This document shows positions 53,289 through 64,000 of a stretch of 64,000 nt of DNA, in pieces. The notes below the pieces were generated by a model. The model made no database searches. It was given only the letters and a program-made list of their open reading frames with translations, and had not been told where the DNA came from. Source of the DNA: Macrostomum lignano. Taxonomy: Eukaryota. The translations under genes were made by a program, and so were the position numbers. Location: contig NIVC01000551.1 in NCBI GenBank assembly GCA_002269645.1, forward strand, positions 372,001 to 436,000. Direction: 5' to 3'. Each line of letters begins with the position of its first letter. Position 1 is the stretch's first letter.

Positions 53289-53586
53289 GGCAATGGCTAG
53301 ACGCCTAGAGTTCCGGCACCGGAACCCATTTTCTAACGACTACGGATCCGGCAATGCCATTATAATATAGATGGAACATTATATTTTTCTTTCTACAGGT
53401 GGCTGATATTGAGATTTTGTTCTAGATTAAAATTTAAGACGATATGATAAGATTCGGGACAAGATGCTTCTAATATTCAGACTTCTTAAGATATGTTCTT
53501 AGCAGTCTTTATATGCTTCTATATGGCACTGCCGGATCCCTAGCTGTTAGAAAACGGGTTCCAGTGCCGGAACTCTAGCCATTGCT
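53289..53586. mobile_element. Mutator-like (MULE) MITE
   Basis: About 60-70-bp TIRs (GCAATGGCTAG..AGAGTTCCGGCAC..GGAACCC..TTTCTAAC) and exact 9-bp TSD GTTTGGAGA (53280-53288 and 53587-53595). Confidence 0.8.
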
Positions 53587-54589
53587 GTTTGGAGAATAGG
53601 TATCACGGGTATGCACTCAATTTTTTGGTGTGCACTGTGCATTTGTAATTATTAGATTTTTGATCGGGCATGCACCTAGCATGATCTGGACTATGACATT
53701 TATGAGCTACAATATCTATAGGCCTTAGGCCTAGTCATTTTTATTGAGATTGAGATTCAACACGTTTATTTTTTGCATAAAAGAACAACCATCAACACTA
53801 TCCTATACTTGGGTTATGACAATAGGTAAGTGTAGCTGAAAAGAAAGGATAATAGTTGAAAATAAAGTTAAAGTTAAAATGTAGAGTTAAAGTTAAAGTT
53901 AAAGTTAAATGTAGGCATACCCATTTTTATATTACTTTAATGGATTAAAAATTAACTGCAAGCACCTATCACTGTTAAGCTGGCGCGGAAAGTTTCTAAG
54001 AAAGCATTTACGCTCGTTAATTTCCGCGGACTTCAGCATGATAATAATCTTTATACATTAAGAAAATTGTAAGAATTAGTCAATCTAAAACTACATTTGT
54101 CGCAAAACACTTTTCATTACTAGCGAATTAACAACCTACTCACAGTAGACAACTAAGCCTAATTGTGTGACCGGATTGTACATGTGTGATATGTGCCATA
54201 CAATTTATGTGCCATACAATAATTCAGGCAAACGTGTCAGTACATGTACTTGTCAAGGACAGGTTGCGTCTCAAGGAGTTCTGGGTATCTCCTTAGTCCA
54301 AGTACATTTTGCCTCAACTGTTTTTTGTGTTTGTGTTTACAATCACGGCCAATAAAAAGTTACACTGCTACCTATACATGTAAGACAATATTGCACCCTT
54401 AATTTCCTTATTAAGCCTGTTTGGATCTTATGGCATGTAGTTGCCGATGAAATTTGACTGCCGAATATTTGGGATATTCGGTGTGCTTGAATTTTTTGCT
54501 TCAGTTTTGTTGAAAAAAACGATGAAAAAATACAAACAAACTATACATGCATACGCTGTAAGAGCCAGTCAAGCGTGATCGCCAACTTC

Positions 54590-55329
54590 ACAGGGCGCTT
54601 TTCGGAGCCTGGGCGCAAACTAAGCCGCACCGCCGGCAGTGTTCAGGACGCCGGCATCAGCCAGCAGGCAATCGACGAAACGCCGAGTGTGCGTCTGTTC
54701 CCGCCGGTAGGGTGCGGCCTGCAGCGTCAGCAGCAGCGCACCTCATGCACCGATTGCGGGCAGTTACTACGACTCGTTTGGATGATGGCTTGCCAGCTGG
54801 AGTTTCCGAAGGCGCAACAGTTGGCTGTGACAGACAGGCTGGTGCGGCGATAGAGTGCCGCATTTGGTGACTCGCTCGAAGCCAAATTTTGCTTAGCCGC
54901 ATCAACCTGATGTTCAAGTGAACCCTCCAGCGTCCAGGTCTCAGTGTTGTACATGTACAACAGGACGGTATCGATCACCGCTGAAACAGCGAGGCCTCCC
55001 CCTTTGACGGTTACATGGCCTCTGCACGGAGAAGTCGTCAGGCACCAGAATGGCTGACAGTGCTGCAGCTTCGTCACCTTCCCGTCAGCTCCTCGGCAGA
55101 AACTTCCAGCCTCGATGTCATCCGGCACGCAGAGCACGACGTGGGCTACACTGAAACTCTTCCTTCTCTCGGCAAAGGTGGCTGCGATCGCCGGACGCCG
55201 ACCCGTAGTAGCCAGTTCATTCAGCGCTCCAACACCTCTACGGCCTCGTTGGTCCGCCGATGTGTACCAGAGGGTCCAACCAGCGCCCAGGTCCTCACAA
55301 TGAAAACCCGGGTCGGCCCTGATGGACAC
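54590..55329 (-). mobile_element. Degenerate, internally deleted RTE-like LINE
   Basis: AP-endonuclease-like fragment (IRADPGFHCEDLGAGWTLWYTSADQRGRRGVG) joined to RT-distal fragments (VPDDI, AVIDTVLLY..NTETWTLEGSLEHQVDAA, NAALYRR, RRFVDCLLADAG); frameshifts and stops present. Confidence 0.75.
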
Positions 55330-56684
55330 CTCTTACAGCGAGAAGACACATCGCATCTAGGTAAGCAGCCCTCTCCGCATTTACCGCGAGTTTGCAGGAA
55401 ATTTGTGAAAGAGAAAATTAATCTGGACAACATGCAAAACTGTGAGGAAATGTATCAGCATTCTTTCAACACAATTAGAGCCAGAAAATGCGCGTCAAGG
55501 CTGCAAGCTGCGTAAATTATTATTTGCCCTTTAAGTCCTTACTTCATCACTAACGTCATCTGACATGTAAGTAGCTGCTTCAAAAAATGATGTTACAGCT
55601 GTCCGGCCCTGCTGAAATTCTAATGATAATATCTCCCTTTGTGTACATTTTCACCCATGCATGCTCGATCCCAATCGTAGATATCTATAGGTCCCTACTC
55701 CCAACGGCTCATTCGAAGACTCATTCCCTACGCCCCTATCCTTTCTCACACCCAACCTGAACCTTCGAAACCATCCAAGCGGAACGTACCCAATCAATCA
55801 AAAACTCCCCCATTCCAGCAAGGCTAGTTTTTCTTCCAGTCATGTGACCTCCCGATTTTAATTTTCTCCTAAGCCGCGATCCACCCCATTTTAGTATTCA
55901 ATCACAGCAAGGCTATAGACAGGTGATTTCTCTCGAACGCTAGGCAATGTAGGCTCATGATTCGTGATTATAGCTCTATAGTATACATATGAGCGGTTTG
56001 TTTTCAATTCCTCCTAACCTATGGCCACCCAAACTTCAACCAAGAGATCAAAGCCCAGAGCATCAACGGTCGTTTACGTCAGCAACATCATCCTTCAGGC
56101 ATCAGCCTGAACTACCTGGATCTATGCCAGCGCCGAGTGAACTCACCTGCCTGCCGTGTCAAATCAAGGTATTCGGATCATCATTTCAGGAGACGTAAAA
56201 GTGAAACTGCAATTCAATCAATGTAAGGAACTAATACATTGCCATTAATATGCTATGCGTAAGTAAAAATATGGATACTTAATATAGGCCAGGAAACGTA
56301 GTCATTAGCGTCATCTTGATTGTCGCACAACACCGCAGTTCCAGGGGAAATCATTTTTTAGGAAAGTCAAGTGATTCCACTCACCAGACGAAAGAGTTCC
56401 CTCAGTCCCTGAGCTTTGCCCGTAGGCTGCTGGGAGTCTGTCTTCTTTGCTTGAGTTTCCCTAGGGTAGGGTGTACTTTTGTGCAGGTGACTGGTCCCAC
56501 TGTGCGGGTGAATGTGGCCGCTAGTGCAGCATACGGGATCCCTTGGCCACTCCGACACACCACAAGCTATCAAACTTCAGTCAGCCAAGGTCTTGGTCTT
56601 AGATAGCATGGCCTTGCACCCGCTGTACACATCAGTGCCAGAGCAACCCGAAGTTGTTGACGCCAGCAGAGACATAGCGCACGA

Positions 56685-57949
56685 CAGGGGCGTCGCGTAG
56701 GGGGCATGGGGGCATGTCAATGTTTTGTTTTGTTTTAGAAAGCAATAATTTTTCTTCAAGGCGCCAAGGTATAGCGACTCTGTTGGCGCCAAAATGAATC
56801 GAGAGCCTGCCTGCGGCGCCAGAATGAGTGCCTACCTGCGGCCCTAAAATGAATGCCTGTCTGCGGCGCCAGAATGAGTGCCTACCTGCGGCGCCAGATT
56901 GAATGCCTACCTGCGGCGCCAGAATGAGTGCCTGCCTGCGGCGCCAAAATGAGTGCCTGTCTGCGGCGCCAGAATGAGTGCCTACCTGCGGCGCCAGATT
57001 GAATGCCTACCTGCGGCGCCAGAATGAATGCCTACCTGCGGCGCCAGATTGAATGCCTGCCTGCGGCGCCAAAATGAGTGCCTGTCTGCAGCGCTAGAAT
57101 GAGTGCCTGCCTGCGGGGCCAGAATGAGTGCCTACCTGCGGCGCCAGAATGAGTGCCTGCCTGCGGCGCCAAAATGAGTGCCTACCTGCGGCGCCAGAAT
57201 GAGTGCCTGCCTGCGGCGCCAAAATGAGTGCCTGTCTGCAGCGCTAGAATGAGTGCCTACCTGCGGCGCCAGATTGAATGCCTACCTGCGGCGCCAGAAT
57301 GAATGCCTACCTGCGGCGCCAGATTGAATGCCTGCCTGCGGCGCCAAAATGAGTGCCTGTCTGCAGCGCTAGAATGAGTGCCTGCCTGCGGGGCCAGAAT
57401 GAGTGCCTACCTGCGGCGCCAGAATGAGTGCCTGCCTGCGGCGCCAAAATGAGTGCCTACCTGCGGCGCCAGAATGAGTGCCTGCCTGCGGCGCCAAAAT
57501 GAGTGCCTGTCTGCAGCGCTAGAATGAGTGCCTACCTGCGGGGCCAGAATGAGTGCCTACCTGCGGCGCCAGAATGAGTGCCTGCCTGCGGCGCCAGATT
57601 GAATGCCTACCTGCGGCGCCAGAATGAGTGCCTGCCTGCGGCGCCAAAATGAGTGCCTACCTGCGGCGCCAGAATGAGTGCCTGTCTGCGGCGCCAGAAT
57701 GAGTGCCTGTCTGCGGCGCCAAAACGAGTGTCTGCGGCGCCAAAATGAGTGCCTGCGGCGCCAAAATAAGTGTCTGCCTGCGGTGCCAATACATGTGTAA
57801 GTGACTGCCTGCGGCGCCAAAACGAATGTCTGCGGCGCAATAATGATTGCTAAAAGCACTGATTACCGAAGTAATTTAGGAATTTAGTCATGTAAAATTC
57901 TTGGCTAAGTCCGCCCCTAACCATCATAAAATCCATGGCGACGCCCCTG
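56685..57949. mobile_element. MITE-like element with TIRs CAGGGGCGTCGC, inflated by an internal minisatellite
   Basis: CAGGGGCGTCGC at 56685 and GCGACGCCCCTG ending at 57949; no exact TSD (gcgcacga vs aagcacag). Confidence 0.6.
56778..57845. repeat. 25-bp minisatellite GCGGCGCCAGAATGAGTGCCTACCT
   Basis: Direct tandem repetition. Confidence 0.95.
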
Positions 57950-58253
57950 AAGCACAGGTTGCAATGTAAAATCATCCCAAAGTTCTTACCTATAAAGTCG
58001 TAGTTTAAATTCAAAAAGCTCAGAGAGATTTGAATGAGAGTTGACGAAGCCTCTTAGGATTTATTAAATATAATTAACTATCGCTAATGGTAAATTACTG
58101 GGAATAAAAGGGAGGGGCAGAGAGCGAGTGAAAAGTATGTCATACATGCTGTACAATAGCAACCCTGAAACCCTGCAATACTCTCTACAATTCTCCTCAG
58201 GGGAAAGATCGATTACAAATAATTCGAAGGTAAATAAAAACAATGAGATATAT

Positions 58254-60072
58254 GAGGCAACACACTGGGGGCAACACACTGGGGGCAACACACTGGGGGC
58301 AACACACTGGGGGCAACACACTGGGGGCAACACACTGGGGGCAACACACTGGGGGCAACACACTGGGGGCAACACACTGGGGGCAACACACTGGGGGCAA
58401 CACACTGGGGGCAACACACTGGGGGCAACACACTGGGGGCAACACACTGGGGCAACACACTGGGGGCAACACACTGGGGGCAACACACTGGGGGCAACAC
58501 ACTGGGGGCAACACACTGGGGGCAACACACTGGGGGCAACACACTGGGGGCAACACACTGGGGGCAACACACTGGGGGCAACACACTGGGGGCAACACAC
58601 TGGGGGCAACACACTGGGGGCAACACACTGGGGGCAACACACTAGGGGGCAACACACTGGGGGCAACACACTGGGGGCAACACACTGGGGGCAACACACT
58701 GGGGGCAACACACTGGGGGCAACACACTGGGGGGCAACACACTGGGGGCAACACACTGGGGGCAACACACTAGGGGGCAACACACTGGGGCAACACACTG
58801 GGGGGCAACACACTGGGGGCAACACACTGGGGGGCAACACACTGGGGGCAACACACTGGGGGCAACACACTGGGGGGCAACACACTGGGGGCAACACACT
58901 GCGGGCAACACACTGGGGGCAACACACTGCGGGCAACACACTGGGGGGCAACACACTGGGGGCAACACACTGGGGGCAACACACTGCGGGCAACACACTG
59001 GGGCAACACACTGGGGGCAACACACTGGGGGCAACACACTGGGGGCAACACACTGGGGGCAACACACTGCGGGCAACACACTGCGGGCAACACACTGGGG
59101 GCAACACACTGCGGGCAACACACTGGGGGCAACACACTGGGGGCAACACACTGCGGGCAACACACTGGGGGCAACACACTGCGGGCAACACACTGGGGGC
59201 AACACACTAGGGGCAACACACGGGGGCAACACACTGGGGGCAACACACTGGGGGCAACACACTGGGGGCAACACACTGGGGGCAACACACTGGGGGCAAC
59301 ACACTGGGGGCAACACACTGGGGGCAACACACTGGGGGCAACACACTGGGGGCAACACACTGGGGGGCAACACACTGGGGGCAACACACTGGGGGCAACA
59401 CACTAGGGGCAACACACTGGGGGCAACACACTGGGGGGCAACACACTGGGGGCAACACACTGGGGGCAACACACTGGGGGCAACACACTGGGGGCAACAC
59501 ACTGGGGGCAACACACTGCGGGCAACACACTGGGGGCAACACACTGCGGGCAACACACTGGGGGCAACACACTGGGGGCAACACACTGCGGGCAACACAC
59601 TGCGGGCAACACACTGGGGGCAACACACTGGGGGCAACACACTGGGGGCAACACACTGGGGGCAACACACTGGGGGCAACACACTGGGGGCAACACACTG
59701 CGGGCAACACACTGCGGGCAACACACTGGGGGCAACACACTGCGGGCAACACACTGGGGGCAACACACTGGGGGCAACACACTGCGGGCAACACACTGGG
59801 GGCAACACACTGCGGGCAACACACTGGGGGCAACACACTAGGGGGCAACACACGGGGGGCAACACACTGGGGGCAACACACTGGGGGAAAACACTGGGGC
59901 AACACGTTGGGGGCAACACATTGGGGGGGGGGCAACACACTGGGGGCAACACACACTGGGGGCAGCACATTGGGGGCAACACACACTGGGGGCAACACAC
60001 TGGGGGCAACACACTGGGGGCAACACACTGGGGGCAACACACTGGGGGCAACACACTGGGGGTAACATTGGG
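58254..60072. repeat. 14-bp minisatellite GGGGGCAACACACT (about 1.8 kb)
   Basis: Direct tandem repetition; the source of the spurious long Cys/Pro-rich ORFs. Confidence 0.97.
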
Positions 60073-60857
60073 GGGCGCCTTGCAAAGGATGCCATACGAG
60101 GGGCGTTGCAATGGTCGCTAGCTGTGCTTCGGAGGTGAGGGGGCGGCAGTTTCCTTTGCACTAATTGTGCTGAGAAGGTGCCACCTCTATACCTGTACTC
60201 TGACAAGTTTTCTAAATCAACAAGCAAACTTGAGCGGAAAATGTTGGAACTAATTAGATTAACAAAATCCTTAGATTTGCTATTTTTCTCTTGTTTGCGA
60301 TGCAATATTTAAAAAAACAAACAAACCGGATATGCATGCCTTATCAATTCTGAACTGAATACATTTAGGCATGCCGCAAAAGAAGACTCAAAATTTTCAA
60401 ATGAACTCAGCTAACCAGTGAAATACTGTATGGACTCATCCGGGTCCAGATAAAAAACACGAGCTCGATAAGAACAGTTTTTTTCGAAATTTCTTGACTT
60501 TATGAGTACTGAGTCCTGACTCTTTTTCCAGCTAGATTTTCTATTTAATCTACATGTACTCATACATATATACGGGTTTGTCTGTACAAATCGTACGCTT
60601 CGCTACACAAGGCAAGGCCTATAGCCATAGGTTGCATGATACAGTAGAAAACTACAGATAAGAGCGAGCTCATGGTAAACGAGTGAGTTACGAATAGTCT
60701 GATAAAGCATTAGTCATGGGTAATCATTAATCGCCTATAAATAGTACTGAAAGTCGAGCTGAAAAAATAAGTTTTCAAAGCAAGTCATACATCTACTGAC
60801 TGAATATAAATTAACTACCCGGTAGAGTTTTAAAAACGAATTAAACAAAACTACTAA

Positions 60858-63800
60858 ATGAGATCTCAAGCAGACAGAGGTCGGTCTCTCTTCTGTTTCT
60901 ACAGGCTGTTTCTGGTTGCTGCTGCAGCTACTCTGCTGCTGTGCGATGAGGCGGCTGCTCAAGGCACATCGTGTGGAAAACTGGTGCCGGGTCAGGTGGA
61001 TCCTGTGACAGTGGCTGCTGTTCGCTCTTCCACAAATTCATCAATAATTGTTGATTGGCTGCCACCAGACCGTGGCATCACAGGGTACTTTTACACACTG
61101 AGCTGCCCGAGCTGTCCCACTCAGCAACTCAACGCTTCAGATGAGACATACACATTTCGAGGTCTCACAGCGGCTACTGAGTACAGCTTCTCCATTCAGG
61201 CTGGACTTCGGAACTGCAGACTCAGCCCTGCATTCCATCTTTCTAGAAGGACAGGTGAGAATGAAAACTGTGGGGTCATTCAGTGCAAAATGCACGCAGC
61301 CTCAGGTGCGCCATTGGCTGCCACACCTGCCACCTGGATTTCTGAAAAAATTCATTTTGAATTTTGACTCTAACTAATCTTCATTTGATTATTAGATGAT
61401 TCGTTTACTATTAAAAATAAAAATTATTGCTAATTTAATACTGCTTAAGTACCAAACCTCGCGAAACTTTAAAACATCAGTTGAGCATGTCCCAACACAA
61501 TTGCAGAACTCAGCAATATCCCAGGACCAGTGCACATCTCGGATGTGACGGAGACGAGCTTCAGAGCCCGGTGGGCGGCCTCTCCCGATGTCGGAGTCGA
61601 GTATGAAGTCAGCTGCGCTGGCAGAGTGCCAGACACAACCGCTGTGTGCACAGGCCAGCCATCCGGAGCCTCTGTCACAGTCACAGTGAGACCCGTCAAG
61701 ACTGGGTTTCCGCCTGCACCTTTCATTCATGGCACAGCTTTGACCAGTGAGTTCCAAAAATATTAATTACCTTTTAATGATATGTTTTATAAAGTATTTA
61801 CAACACTCAGTCATCCATGTGTGACCTCTAGGCATCTTTGGCTGATATTAAATCACTAGAGGAGTTAATCAGCCTTTTGAAAATAAATCGTAAGTGCACT
61901 CAGTCCAGTGTCACTCAGCCAATCCATCTGACAAGTGATATAGAGCTTATTAAATGATTGCAGCTGCTCTCATGAGGTTGCTTTGATGTGGTCTATTGGG
62001 TCCGTTTCATTGCAGAGCTGTTGGCATCGACGCCAGCTCCAATCGATGTGGTTTCCTTTATTTGCACCACTGTGAATCAGAGACAACAGTTCGTTGCACA
62101 TTGAACTCTCACCTTTCCCAAATGGTTTTTTGTGCATTTTGCCTTCCACGCATGCCTTACAAAATGAGATGCCGTCAGCCTGCATGCTGCTTTTATCCAT
62201 TGCGATTCCTTCCACTATGCTTCCTCGAAACAGTGATTTCAGAGCTTGCTGCTCCATTAGCTACGGTGAATTCTTCGAGTTAGTAAAGCCTTCCAATTTT
62301 CATGACGTCTCCAGCAACGTTTCCACTTTTGTCTACAATTTTATACAGTTTTGAAAACTGCACATTAAAGCTTTTTTCTTGTAACCGCTAATACTGAGAA
62401 CAAGTGTTGGTTTAACTAGCTAACATTATATCACACCACAGACCACACGACATGAAATAAATTATTGATTCGAAATGCTCACTGATTTTGAGAAACACTT
62501 ATATTTCTACTTGCTAAAAAACAAACATTTGCTGTCATTAGATATTTATCAGGCAGGCATGCCCCGGTGTAAAATGATAATAAGACAAAAATTGGGACTT
62601 TAAAGTTAGGAGCTGCCCACCCCCCCTCGCTACCGCAGAGCTCTTCCCGATTGACGCCAGCTTAGTGAGTTTCACCATCACAGAGACTTCCATCTCCCTG
62701 ACTTGGGCTGCGTCCATCACTGAAGGAGTTCTGTACCGGGTGACCTGCAGGCGAGTCAGCACAGGGACGTCAACATCTCTGCCTCCATCAAAGTATCTGA
62801 GTGCCAGCATCAGCAGTCTGCAGTCAGGAGAGGCCTACAACCTGAGTGTGGCTGTGACTAAGCAGGGCGGCTTCGATGAAGTTGTCACCTGGCTGCCAAT
62901 CCAGCTGACCAGTGAGTTGGAGCTCAGCAAATGATTGCAGCTGCTCTCATGAGGCTCAGCTCGCTTCTATTGGGTCCGTTTCATTGCAGAGCTGTTCGGC
63001 ATTGACGCCAGCTCAGCTCAGTACAGCTCCAATGAGACCGCCATCTCTGTGACTTGGCAGCCATCCAGCACTTCTGGCGTCTCGTACCAGCTCACCTGCA
63101 AGCGAGTCGGCTCAGGTGAGGTCTCGACTGCGTCTTCATCCACTCCGTCTGGCACCTGCGGCTCCCTGCAGTCTGGACAGGAATATGAGCTGCGGGTGGC
63201 TGTGCAGAAGGCGGGCGGCTTTGATGACGTTATCACGGCTCTCTCCAACCAGCTGACCAGTGAGTGCTCGGCTGCTGCGGTGCCACAGTTTTTCCTGCAT
63301 GCATCTTATTAAACAATATTTACCTGAGCATAATCATTGATGCAGATGAATACTCGAAGGGCAGAGCAGCTGTGGCAAACGTTTTTGACTTCCACAATGT
63401 CGAAATTTTTAACTTGTCGGAATTATATCACTTATCAGTGACTGACTGACTGAGTTTCCTTGACTTCTTACTCTTCTTCTTACTTCTGACTCAGTAAATT
63501 GATTGCAGGCCTTCTTAAAAGCGACTGATATTTGCAGTCATTAGAAATTTATCAGGCAGTAGGAGGTCTCTGTATCGGATGATAATTTTGGCAAAAATTT
63601 GGGGCTATAAGTCAGGGGCTGCCCTACCCACAGATGGAAACAGAGGTTCATGTGCGACAGCAGACTGGCTGCAATTCAATGGCTTCTGCTACCTCCTGGT
63701 CAAGGGATCCAACGGACGAAACCTCACAGCGGCAGTTTCTGACTGTCAGAGACGAGACCCGTCTGCTCACCTGCTGTGGATCACATCTCAGTCGGAGATG

Positions 63801-63973
63801 AACTGGGTGATGGACTACTCAGCAAGGAACTGGAGACTCAGAGAAGACTACAGAGCTCAGTGCCAAGACTGCAGGTTTCAAGGAGACGCGGCCTGGACCG
63901 GACTGTACAGATACGAGGCAGACGGAGGGAAGTTCAAGTGGCTCAGAGACAACTCCAGCGTCAACGTCAGCAT
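60858..63973 (+). CDS. FN3 x4 + C-type lectin domain protein, paralogous to the RPTP ectodomain (3'-incomplete)
   Basis: Exons 60858 (or acceptor 60905)-61254, 61525-61746, 62639-62911, 62990-63259, 63634 (or 63616)-63973. The FN3 junctions are phase 1 and the last donor is AT|GTAAGC. CTLD motifs CATADWLQFNGFCYLL, AVSDCQRRDPSAHLLWITSQSEMNWV, AWTGLYR, FKW. A possible tiny first exon ATG GTA AAC GA|GTGAGT at 60672-60682 would give MVNELFLVAAAATLLLCDEAAA. Confidence 0.8.
61952..62039 (+). pseudogene. Dead copy of an FN3 'type A' exon start with its upstream intron
   Basis: Copy of the 62929-63012 sequence (AAATGATTGCAGCTGCTCTCATGAGG...TTTCATTGCAG|AGCTGTT) with a 1-nt deletion, truncated at a Copia fragment. 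Confidence 0.7.
62040..62352 (-). mobile_element. Ty1/Copia pol fragment (GAG-pre-integrase region)
   Basis: KIVDKSGNVAGDVMKIGRLY* and FCKACVEGKMHKKPFGKGESSMCNELLSLIHS match the Copia C..C..GK.H..PF...L.LIHSD pattern. Confidence 0.75.
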
Positions 63974-64000
63974 GTAAGCTCTTGTTGCAGGTGGCCTGGG

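Noticed and set aside
58064-60305. Long Cys/Pro-rich ORFs (CCPQCVAP..., resembling keratin-associated proteins)
   Set aside because: They are translations of a 14-bp minisatellite that is open in several frames on both strands, with no splice or start context.

Overview
Eukaryotic (animal) genomic DNA with spliceosomal GT-AG introns. GC-rich exons, private minisatellites in most long introns and an RTE family of this type suggest the flatworm Macrostomum; this is an inference, not a database result. Six genes lie in series on the minus strand: a secreted PAN/apple + TSP1-like protein, a Tctex-1 dynein light chain, MIC19/CHCHD3, an LHFPL/TMHS tetraspan protein, a 15-exon R3-type receptor tyrosine phosphatase (about 12-13 FN3, TM, one PTP domain, about 1700 aa) and MIC10. 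A roughly 18 kb transposon-rich interval follows, containing hAT and MULE MITEs, an old hAT with a young 2.5 kb foldback palindrome nested inside it, an RTE remnant and strongly CpG-decayed DNA. At the right end a plus-strand gene reuses near-identical copies of the phosphatase's N-terminal FN3 exons but continues into a C-type lectin domain. No prokaryotic systems or CRISPR arrays are present. Most long ORFs in the supplied track are artefacts of tandem repeats.
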